From Phoronis australis (taxonomy: Eukaryota > Animalia > Phoronida), in assembly GCA_002633005.1 (NCBI GenBank), contig NMRA01001193.1, positions 1-41,696 on the forward strand: DNA of 41,696 nt. The letters are read 5' to 3'. The notes under the pieces were generated by a model. The model was not told the origin of the DNA. It saw only the letters and a list, made by a program, of their open reading frames with translations, and searched no databases. Position numbers and translations under genes: made by a program. Position 1 is the stretch's first letter. The number at the start of each line of letters is the position of its first letter. Below, one piece after another: positions 11,601 through 23,600 of this stretch.

Positions 11601-14600
11601 CTCGTAGGCCTACTACGCACAAACCGATGTCATTTCTGTGCAACTTTCACGCATTTAGGAAATTTGAACGCAGTGATGTTCTCTGTCAAGTTGCTGTTAC
11701 TCATGCCTCCACAAACGCCCTTTTCGTGTCTGAAAAAGGCGCGGGCTCTCCACTGACTTTCCTCACAACTCCTCAGTGCACTGGTAAAAACAACAACAGT
11801 GGAGGCGGCCTTCCACCCATTACGTACAACCTCGATAAGAGAAAAAAATGTTTGTTAAATTTTTGGCTTGTTTCTTATCAACAGGTAAACAAAAGGCTAT
11901 TAAATCTCTTGAGATGTATTAATAAAATTCTTTTTGAGAAACAAGATCATGGTGAGAACTTTTTAAAGAATTTGCGTGAGGATTTATTTCTTTTCACAAC
12001 TTCCTGTGTTCGTGAACGTTAAGTCTCAGAAGCATGAGTTAAAGCGACTCGTAGCATTCGTTCTCTACGGCTGTATATATGCAGAATAGGTTCGTCATTG
12101 GTCTCTAGAGGCATTGTAGTATAAGGTGGTCACTTACTTAGAGACGTGGTTGGCTAAACAATGTGGGGTCGGTCATATACCAGCTGAAGTGTGACCAGGA
12201 TCCCAACCACGCCTACATTGGAGAAACCAAGNAATTTGCGTGAGGATTTATTTCTTTTCACAACTTCCTGTGTTCGTGAACGTTAAGTCTCAGAAGCATG
12301 AGTTAAAGCGACTAGTAGCATTCGTTCTCTACGGCTGTATTTACGCAGAATAGGTTCGTCATTGGTCTCTAGAGGCATTGTAGTATAAGGTGGTCACTTA
12401 CTTAGAAACGTGGTTGGTTAAACAATGTGGGGTCGGTCATATACCAGCTGAAGTGTGACCAGGATCCCAACCACGCCTACATTGGAGAAACCAAGAGACT
12501 GTTCCTTACCAGATTCAAAGAACATCAGAAACTGGACAGACCAACAGCTGTGATGGAACACATATTGGCGACTGGGCAATCCATCTCTCTTGCTTAATCC
12601 AGGATCCTAGCCAAAGAACAAAATTGGTATCCTTGAAAGCTCAAAGAGTCCATAAACATCAGCAGTCAGCGCCCCCTCTTGAACCGGGACCAAGGACTCC
12701 ATTTACCCCCCGTGTATTCCAGCATTCTTAACCAGCGAAAAGCGGGAAATCCCTCATTCATCGATAAAGACCTGGCGGACCAGGTCGAAACGTCTGAAAA
12801 CAACCAACCACGTCTCTAAGTAAGTGACCACCTTATACTACGTATGTATGCAGACACACAACTCTCTCAGGATCAAAGTTACGTTTTGTCTTCGTTTTCT
12901 CTGGTATATTTTTATTTGTCGTTGATGCAATAGTAGAGAGGTTTCATAAGCGACATGAACGATTCTCGTTACAGTAACAAAAATGGGTTTCGCGACAGCT
13001 AAATTTTTATGTTAACATGAAAGTAAACGTGAACTGAAAAACTGAGCTCAGGATGTCCACTTATCGTAGTACATATCCGCTACAGATATGCAAGTTAGAA
13101 ATGTGTTTGTTGAATGTAAAAAGTCGTTTCTACGAACTCCTGCGAAAAATGATAAACTCTTAGAATGTGAAATATATTTGCAGTTTAAAATGAGTAAATG
13201 CATATCAATTCAGCATGTAAACATGTTGACAACACAGAATCACGGTTACAAAGCATTCATTCTAGTTCGATGATATCAGTGAAGCCCTGCAGAATAAGGA
13301 TTTTGGAAAAATGCTTTCTTGCAACTAAACTTTATGAACATATATAGAAAAAAGAATCGTGTTCATTTTATACAGAACCCTATCAAAATAAAAAATATTT
13401 TCTGTGTCTTACTAAATAAGAATTAAAAAATGTGCCACAGGTTTCGCGTTTAAAGCGACTCGAATCTCTCCGTATTTGCGTAAAACACTCAAACACCGTT
13501 GCGATTACGTCACAGCGAACAATGACATCATAGATAATAATAGTTTATGATGGCATGTATGACACGGAATTATAAATGCGTGATAATTCACGTTCACGTC
13601 GCTTTGCGAAGCCTTTCTGTCATGGCGCCTCGGTGAATGAAATGACGGAGCTGCACACTTTCTGGCGGGAGATTCGATTTGAGTGACAGCCCTGTAATCT
13701 TTGACCTCGGGTAAGTAGTAAACCAATTTCCACGCAGTTGTGCAGTTCCAAGAGGTTCTGCCAAATCTTTTTTCGCTACACCGTATATATTTCGCATATG
13801 AATTTCCCCGAGAATGACGATACCATTTTGCTAGACATGTGAAATATTGTAACATGGCCAATTTTTGTGAATAAGGTTTGAGATATCCTTTTAAAAATGC
13901 AAAAGAATTGTTTGGTGACTACTTATCTTTTGTGAAAAAAATGAAAAACCAATAAAATTTGGTTTGCCCGCAACACTGTGTGTGGCAAGATTTTACNATT
14001 ACGTCACAGCGAACAATGACATCATAGATAATAATAGTTTATGATGACATGTATGACACGGAATTATAAATGCGTGATAATTCACGTTCACGTCGCTTTG
14101 CGAAGCCTTTCTGTCATGGCGCCTCGGTGAATGAAATGACGGAGCTGCACAGTTTCTGGTGGGAGATTCGATTTGAGTGACAGCCCTGTAATCTTTGACC
14201 TCGGGTAAGTAGTAAACCAATTTCCACGCAGTTGCGCAGTTCCAAGAGGTTCTGCCAAATCTTTTTTCGCTACACCGTATATATTTCGCATATGAATTTC
14301 CCCGAGAATGACGATACCATTTTGCTAGACATGTGAAATATTGTAACATGGCCAATTTTTGTGAATAAGGTTTGAGATGTCCTTTTAAAAATGCAAAAGA
14401 ATTGTTTGGTGACTACACGTACTTATCTTTTGTGAAAAAAATGAAAAACCAATAAAATTTGGTTTGCCCGCAACACTGTGTGTGGCAAGATTTTACCGTA
14501 CTTTCGTTCACCGAGTCTCCATATTTTGATAGCTGTGTCACAACTTTCAGTGTTTGCTACCTCGCTGGTCAACTTGTCACTGTTCTACGCCACAGACAGC

Positions 14601-17600
14601 CTGAGTTAAACATCACGGACCAGGACATACTGTGTGTTCAGATAGCAGGCTTGTGCCATGACCTAGGCCATGGACCATTTTCACACATGTTTGATTGTGA
14701 TTTTATACCGATGGTTGACCCAGATTCCACTTGGAAAGTGAGTGTTAACTTATTAATTTTCATATTCATACCTATTCAGGGGACAACATTTCTGTGAAGT
14801 CGTTATCTGTATGGCGTACTGCGTAACTGGTAGATGGCATTGCTGTAAGGCGTTGAATAAATTAATTGGATCAACTGAGTCCCGTTCTAAGCATCAAGCT
14901 GTGCTAAACGTCAGAAGCCATACTGCATGCTTTTCGTAGTTTGTTGCAGAGACTCTTGATTACATTTTTCGTGGTAATTTACTTGTCTTTGCACACAAAG
15001 TCCTGGGGTCACGAGATCTGTATCCTTTTTCAATGAGCAAAGAAATTCGTGACCCACTAACGTGTTTTAAGTTGTGCTTATCATCATAACGCATTTTGTT
15101 GTTCTTAAATATACAATTCAAAGGTCTCTCTCTTACTGAAATGTTGCCAAATATTGAATGTGTTTTGTTTCATTTTCCAACATCTTAGCATGAAGATGCA
15201 TCAGTCAAAATGTTCGACCATCTTGTGAAGGAAAATAAACTGGTCTCTGAATTTGAAAAGTATGAACTCACGGAAAAAGACCGTGAATTTATCAAAGAAC
15301 AAGTTGCTGGACCGCTAGATAAGAACATATCTTTGGACGTAAGTTGATCAAGAGTAATGCCGCAGACCAAAAACGCTCTTAGCTAATTTTCGGGTTGTTT
15401 TACAGTTTACACAAGTTCGACTAGATCTGAACATACATGAAGAACAACCCCTGACCTACAGGACCAACGACTCTGGCTGTGAGATCGGCTGGATGTTCCC
15501 TATTTTTTGCAATTAAGAGAGTTGATTCAGCAAATTTTAACGCCCAACACAAAACAACAACGCGATCAAATCAAATCAAAGACCTCCCAAGTTTACTAAT
15601 CGTCTCGTTCCTGGCAGAGTGTAATCGTCTCGCCTGCTCTGTATTTTTGGGGGACTCCGAGAAGGCCACAAATTTGTAATTTCTTCGGTAAATACGGTTG
15701 GAAAAAACAAATGTTAACTTCAAAAAATCTCAAAGTTTCATTTAGTATAAACGAGTATACGACAGAAAGCAAATAATAAAAAATGTGAAATAATGCGCAT
15801 ACACGTTAACGTACTTTGTCCTTATGTTTAGTAGAACGGGGTCATTGGTAGCCGCTCGTGGAACTATTCCCGTGACAACGATAGAATCCGCCATTTCAGA
15901 TCACGTTTTGCACAAGTATATTTCTGCTTTTAACCACCAGTCTTGAGCCAGAGCAGATTCGTGTTGATACATCTTATGGGAAAGTCACTCAGCGACTTAA
16001 TAAGATTACGAAATGTGCAAAAGTGCAGATTCCTCTATTGCCGCGGGTCGTTGGTCGAGGGGCTTGCGGTTCATGGGTGGAGGGTATCGCGGGGTGTAGG
16101 TGTCGAAGGGGTTTTATAACAACTCGTAAATTTCAACAACCTTGATTAGGTTTAATGGCTTGTCACCTTATTTAATTTTTCTTTAAGCTCCAATTTTCTT
16201 GCCTCCTTACTAAGCATTGATTAGGTTGGAAAAAATACTGGTGAACAACGTCAGTCAGGCTTGTGGGAAAATCTTGAAAAAGGTTGTTAGGCCAGTCACC
16301 AATTTTAACGTTCAATAACAAGCTTGGAAACCTTGTCTCTTGATAACCATTGCTCTGCAAGCTTGAATAAGATTTTTTGGTCAGTAATCTAATTCAAACA
16401 GAAATTAGGTCACCAAGCAAATTAACTTCTCTCCTTACTGAATCATGATGAACATAAATGTCTCATGTGCACTATAATCAAGTGCGCTAAAATAGTGATT
16501 CTGCTGCATTGCTACCATGGTTGTACTGGCTTAGTTCTATTGTTCAAACTTGAAAAATATTGTCAAACCTTAATAACATTGCTGAAGCTTGAATAATATT
16601 GTTCAAGCTTAAATAATACTGCATACTTTTACGCTTGATTAATCTTGCCCATAAAGATTATTCAAGCTGCAAAAGGAAAAACTTGAACATTAATGTAGAA
16701 AAACAAAAAAACAAAGTCTGCACTGTATACCATTATTTAGATTTTTTGAAGTTAGTAAGTTTTTTGGGCCATAATAGTTTGACTATTTGACACATTCATT
16801 CCCGCGCAAACTCAAGTCAACAGGCGTCACAGACTCACACCAAGGATTGTAGTAGTATAGGAGAGTTGACTCCGCCATTTTGCCATTCGCCGCAATGGTT
16901 ATCGGTCGAAACACTAGCGCCCCAAGCGGTGAATAATCAATACTTAGGAGCGCAGTCCGAACAATGTAAACACTTATAAATTCATACTTTAATGACGTTC
17001 GACGTGCAATAAAATTACTGTGTGATTGAAAATGATGGGAATACGCAAGCTAACATCTATTTACAATCGAATGAGAATGAAAATGTGTGTTTTAATCAAT
17101 ATTAAAGTGTATTTGTTTTTATTCTCTTAAACCTCCCTTCAAAAGCCGTCATGATTTTGTTTCATATTTGAGTTCTTAACGCAAATTATCGTTCCTTATA
17201 ACAGTTCATGCCTCCATGGACTACATAATTTGAATGATTGCTCCCGGGGGCTCTGAGGGGAATTGCCCCCAGGTGCCAACAAAGGGGGTACCAGATATAA
17301 ACTAGGTGGGCGCCAAATGGGTGTTGACCCCCTCCCAGGGGAGTTACATGGGAGCAGTGCTAAACAGGTAAAAACCAATGGGGTGTTGAGCCCCCTCCAA
17401 TCGTCACAAACTTTGGTTGCTCCCCTGACCATTGACAACATGTTGCTCCCAGCTGGTTTCATCCACTCAACGATTTCGAATGTGTTCCCTATCCAATGCA
17501 CCTGGATAATAGGAATGCCAACAATTGTTTGGTGAACAAGTAAGAAGAAGAAAGTAAGGCAATTAATCACCACCACAAAATTGTAATCCATTCTGATGCA

Positions 17601-20600
17601 CTCTCACATATAATTTTAGAACATTCCATTATTTCTTAGACAAAGCAGTACAGGGTAAACTTCCCACTCGCCCACTATAATCACCAATAGTTACAAGTCA
17701 GTTGCTAAGCTGTAGAATAGCTCACAACTTACAAAATGTAGTAACATCACTCATAACTAGTCAAAGTTCAAAATGTCATGACAAAAAACTTTAAGAGGTA
17801 CTGAACAGCAATCAAAATATCCACTACCCACACAACTTCATATAAAACTCGGAATTAAAAATACTTGGATGATAAGACCAAAATTTAATTTTATATACCC
17901 ACTGTTCCTATTATCAATAACAGTAAAAATTTCAGGTAAGTTAAAGCCAGACCACAAGATCATATCGGATACCTAGCCACAACTGGGGCTTAAATTAATC
18001 ACAATCTCCAAAAACGTACAAAATAGGCAACACATACACCAATACAACAAGAAAATTTGACCAACCTTCCCCACTCTCTATTAATTCATTAGTAATCAAC
18101 AGCTCTTTTCGCCAAAGAAATGCGATATAAATAAATCTGAAAACTAATTTACTCACAGAGGTGTTTGTCATCGAGAAGCAAACTGATGCGGATAGCTTGG
18201 GTTTATCAAAATTTCAGCCCACCATTCAGACTCTGAAAGATCCATCAGTTTCACTTTGGCTCTCTCCAAATCACAGGCTAACCATTCATAAAATGTTTCA
18301 ATCTGATAAAACTTAGTAAAATATGAAAACCAGACTTTGACTAATCGTCCTTTCTACACGTGATGTCCCAGTACTTGCTTTGTGAGACCATAATCAGACA
18401 TGCAAAAAAGCATATTCCAGAGCCGTAATATATACATAATTTCCGGAGAACTTTTTGACATCTTCATTTTGGTGGATTCGGGATATCAGATATTGTTGGC
18501 ACTGCATTCCATACCAGCTTGTGCTTCATAGAATTCATGAACATGGACTCCTCGAAGTGACGAGAGCATAACTTGCAGTTCTTGGACAAGTAGGCTGCAT
18601 CTCTATTCATAAAGTCGGCTCCCAGCGCTTGCACCTTAACAGAAATCAATGAGAGACTCAGGAACAAACCGCATACTCACCAGGTTCATAAAAAACTGGT
18701 AGCCTACACTACACTACACTACACTACACTACACTACACTACACTACACTACACTACACTACACTACAAAAGTCCTGTCGTACCGTGCTTGTGATGGAGA
18801 CAAAACTGTCTTGGTGTTAACTAAAAAAACTAGGACTCAAATGTCGATCCACGGATATTTTAAGGGCACATCGTTGGCGCATAGAATTAAGTTTTTATTG
18901 ACACACTGCTTAACCTGGACCAACTGAAACATTAAAATTATGTCGATTTTTTCATCTTTTCAACGAGACCCACAAATTCTCTAACTTGACTCATGACAGA
19001 CTTGAGGCCGCCCTGTGGCTTTGATTGCTGCCATGTCACCAGTCATTCACTCATAGCCATGGGTATGTTTTCCTAAAATTATCCGTGCGTTCGTTCGGTG
19101 ACATTTTGATTTGGAATACATGGACTGCAAAGTATCCAAAAAGCTGAGGATCACATCGTTAATCGTAGTCCTTCCGCCGGCAGCTCTGTTGTGCAGTAGG
19201 CCTAGTCTGCAATGTAGACAACAGTGCGATCTTCCAACCGTGAACAAAACATACAAAACGAAAGACAATATGAATAACAGATAATCCTTACCTTTCTGGA
19301 TCCTTAGGAGCCCTAAAAATGACACGTCTGGGGTTTTCGTGGATGAATTAGTGCAGTTCATCGCACTGTAAAATGTGCCCTTCCCCATTGCTTTGGCGCT
19401 TCCTGGTTGACCGTTGCTTGTTCACCATTTGGCGGCGCTAGTAGTAGCGGTAACGGGGAACTCACAAGTGAACTCTCCTATACTACTACACTCCTTACTC
19501 ACACAAACAAATAAGCACCTTTCAAGACCAGATACTAAAACATGACATAATCTAAAGAAACAGCCAAGCCAAAGCGGACCTGCTTCGACTGAATGTGAAA
19601 CATTACGATATAAATACATTTTTATATTTGAAAGTATTGTAACAATTTCTTATTAAAAACTTTAATTGAAGGAGTAATATTTCTAAGCCTTTGGCAGTAA
19701 ATGTTATATTTTCCTAACAAATGAGTAAAATATAATTAATATGCTGGTAGCAGAATCTTCTTTGTGTAATGCATCGGTGCTCTTTGTGTATTATGGCGTA
19801 CGTTCCTTTTTCTGTTGTTTGATTAATAACACATAGTTTGGAGCAGTGTCGTAACTGTAACTGTGTTGTCTTTCTCAGTAACCAATTTCACTTTGTCTTG
19901 GTTATTGTGGTGGCTAATAAAGCAGCTATATCTTAGTAATCAAAATTATTTAAAGCTACATTTCACCCCGTTTATCTGGCTAAAATGAAAATCGCATTAG
20001 ACCGTTCACTTTCGTAAAATTGGTCTCTTACCGTGATAATATTATATTTCCGTAATCAACTAAGGTCAGTGAAAATGTGTGCATGTGCCATTTTTGTAAT
20101 CGGATTGGATAATCCCAATAAACTTCTGAAACATTTTCTTGAAGCTTTGATGATAGTTTTGTAGTTTTTGTTGGTAATGGAATTAGAATCTTGTCAAGGA
20201 AAGACGAGACTGGGAGTGAAGGGCCTAATTTATTTTCATTTTTAGCCAGCTAAACAAAGGGAAATGCAGCTCTTGAAATCTGGTATCTGTGACTACACTT
20301 GTGTGTAAGCTCCTGTTCTCTATAACAGCAATCACACACTTGGTGATGCACGCTCCTTCAAAAGCCACGTTTTAAAAGTAGTCTATATTAACACACAGTA
20401 TCTGATCTTTTCCAGGATTGGAAATACCGAGGAAGAGGACGTGAAAAAGGCTTCTTGTACGAGGTACGTAGTGACAGCCTTACTGTTGTGTTAATGATTG
20501 TACATGGTAATCTAAAGCATTTCACAAAGTTTTGATGGCTGAAAATCAAAATTGAATTAGACCTTTTACTCTCCTGAAATTAATCTCATATCAGCCTTTA

Positions 20601-23600
20601 CTGTGATAGGGTTCTCTATCAGTTTCAATAAGAACATCAAAACCATCAGCGACTGAAGAAAAGGCTTTAGACTTTATTGGGATTGTCAACCCTAACATTG
20701 GCGGTTTTGAAAATGGCATTTATTAGTACTAGGTAACGGAAATGGAATTATATCGCAGAGACCAATCTAGTTCAATTTTCATTTTTGGTCAGTTTAACAG
20801 GGACAAATCGTTTTCGCTTTCACTTGTGTTCAGGCCGTTTGTCCTCACCCAACCATCATTTGTTGACAAAAAGGCAAAATTGTTATTTTCCACTTTTCAT
20901 TTTCTAATTAAGCTCTGTCTGTTGTAAAGCAAATTAACACACGAAGTATCAACTGCAAGTGATCGTTTTGTTTTATTAGTTTAGGCAGCTTTACACTTCA
21001 AGAGGAAAGAAGAATTCCGATCAATAAGCATTTCAACATTCTTGAAGGAGAAGGCAGTTGGAAATGACACATTTTGTACCATCTTAAAATGGCAATAATT
21101 TTGAAGAGTTCCAAAGGAACAATTTGGAAAGTAGTCTAAATTAAAAGAACTTTTTAACAGCTAAAGGGGTAACTAGCTTCTTTGAGGCTCATGTGACATG
21201 GCTATTCTCGTAACAAAGCGTTTTTTTTCTTGTAAGTGCCTTTGTTCTTTTTGTATAAGGTGGTGGCTAACAAGAGAAATGGTATTGATGTGGACAAGTG
21301 GGACTACTTCGCCCGTGACTGCCATCATTTGGGATTTAAGAACACCATTGACCACTACCGCTTCATTAAATATGCGCGAGTGATCGAGGCCGACGGTCAA
21401 CTACAAATATGCTGTCGTGATAAGGTTTGCTCGCTATTATTATTATTGGAAAACTCATTAATTATTATTTGATAATTATAATTGATGAAAACACTGATAA
21501 GGTAGACTTGTATGGAATCAATAGGTGTTGGCAAGATTCAGATGTTGCTAACTTGCGTCGCAAGGTCTTGATTATTGATTGTGTTTCTGTCTTTATGAGG
21601 TCAGTCTGCCCTATACCCGTGAACAAGTCAGAGTCCTGATCTGCATTTTATTGTTTTAATGTGCATTCAGTGAGACACTCTCTTAGTCTCTGAATTCATC
21701 ACGTGCAGTCTTCTGTTATGCTAACAAAACATGACATGTCATAGATAAGAGCGAGTCACATTTTACCCACCCGATTTTTTTTGTTCCTTGATCTTTCCAT
21801 AGGAGGCACAGGATGTCTATGACATGTTTTGGACGCGTCATGTGCTCCATCGTAGAGCCTGTCAACACAAAGTATCTAAGGTTATTGAAAACATGTGAGT
21901 ATTGAGAGAGATGAGATTTTCTCTAAAGTGGAGGTTTTGCTGTTTTGCACACCATGCTTTCTTGTGGATCAACAAGTGTGTAACTTTTCTACAAGTCACT
22001 AGTAAAGTGTTTGCTAATATAACAGAAAAAGGTTGATGTTTCTACATTGGTGATTGTCAGGAATAGACTGACTCCATTCTTAGTTTAGTTCTTTTACTCT
22101 ATTGTTCTGTTAGCAGATGGCACTTGATTGGCATGGCCCATGAGTTTAGGACCATGACAGTGATGATATAATTTGTTTACAATAGAATGGAAGAAAACAT
22201 TCTGGAAGATTCTTGCATGTAAGTGATTAATGTAGTTTGGAACATTCTAGGGCGTAGTATATGGTTGTAGAATGATTGGGTAGATTCCAGAAAGTTCTAG
22301 AATTTGCTTGAATTGGTGTGAAGTTCCAGAACATTGTAAGATCAATACCCAGGCACGGGTTAGTTGAAAGTCAGTTAAAGTAAGGTGAAAGTCAGTTGAT
22401 ATTCAGTTAGTCAGTAACAAGAGAGTACAGTTGAGTTGCAGTGAAGAGAATCAGCAGTTACAGCGTTATTCAATAGAGCCAGCCAGCTATAGAGACACTA
22501 GAGAGGGCAGGTTATTGAATCAGCAGTAGCTGGAAGTGTCTCAGAAGTTAAATTACAAGTCAAGGTTTCGCAGCTCTGACTGGAGCATGGAACAGGTATT
22601 ACCTGGGACGGTTTTGAGCAGGCTTGTAAAAGCACGGTTTAGATCAATAAAGCCACTGCCTCGAACGAGTCTTCAGCCTATAGTAGCACCAAAAGCTGTT
22701 AACACCAGTCGATAACAACCACGTACCCTGCTGCTGGAGATGATATGGAGAGCCTCTGCTGGAAAGCAGTCTGACTCAACAGACAGCCCTCACCAAATGT
22801 ATTTGATAAATAAATAGAGCAAGTACTCTCTTAGTTTTGATATTTAGCAATCTTTTAACGTTTTAAATAAAAATATGTCACACAGTGAATGTAATCGCAG
22901 AAGTATTTTCATCGTTTAGAAATTAGTGATTTTAGAGGCGAAGGCAACCTTTTTTCATGTCATTTTTAGCAAAAATAAGGTTCGTTGATTATGCCAGACA
23001 TATTTTCACTTATTTACTGCTTTTCGTAATTTAATTAATTACTCCTCGTCTACTCCGGAAGTGACGTTTTGGGAGGCAAGAATTTCGCGCCAATTTCTTA
23101 TCATATAGTCTGACTATAAGAGCAGTCGAGTCAGTCATTGTTCTACCTCGGTTGTGATAAATTCGGTCGTCGTTTGCTTTTGCTTACGACATACCACGCT
23201 GTTGCTGCGTACTGGAGTGTACTCATTATCGTCTCAAGTACAGAGGAAGAACTATCCCACTTGCCCGAGTGTCCCGCGACTCACTCCCACTGGAGGAGGG
23301 TGATCTGAGCACCCAAACTGCTTACATCCCGTCGTGTGACCCCCTCGCCACACACCTGGCACCTTCTAAATTGCTCCATTACAAGTCCACAATAAACTTA
23401 TCAAACTTAGGTTCACCGATCTGTTCATTGGATGACGTCGAAACTGTCCTCTTCACTGGGTGTCGAACTGGGCCTGTATTCACTCCCACTACTCAACATC
23501 GCTGCAGGGCTGCTTACAGGCTCTGGGCTAGAGACAACAGCACTGGGCGAATCACTGCTAGTTCCCGGAATTGCACGCAGTGGGGTACGTTCGGAGGCAC

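Larger units (their letters stand above)
16841..19497 (-). mobile_element. Non-autonomous P-superfamily-like DNA transposon with a decayed spliced THAP domain
   Basis: 30-bp TIRs caaggattgtagtagtataggagagttgac / gtgaactctcctatactactacactcctta and a 7-8 bp TSD (a)ctcacac. THAP exons at 19388-19292 and 18634-18464. Confidence 0.8.

Noticed and set aside
10143-12022. Intronic ORFs of 103-184 aa
   Set aside because: No motifs or consistent splice structure; several start at non-ATG codons.
11969-12495. Direct repeat as a Penelope tandem pLTR or an LTR pair
   Set aside because: The junction is exactly an n and the repeat includes non-element flank, so it is most likely an assembly overlap.
13504-14496. 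Duplicated 118-aa and 67-aa minus-strand ORFs suggesting a tandem gene pair
   Set aside because: The copies meet at a single n and differ by a few SNPs, typical of unmerged haplotype contig ends. The ORFs have no recognisable domain.
15397-16130. Diverged inverted match gaccaacgactctggc / gccgcgggtcgttggtc
   Set aside because: Possibly an old MITE, but the ends and TSD cannot be defined.
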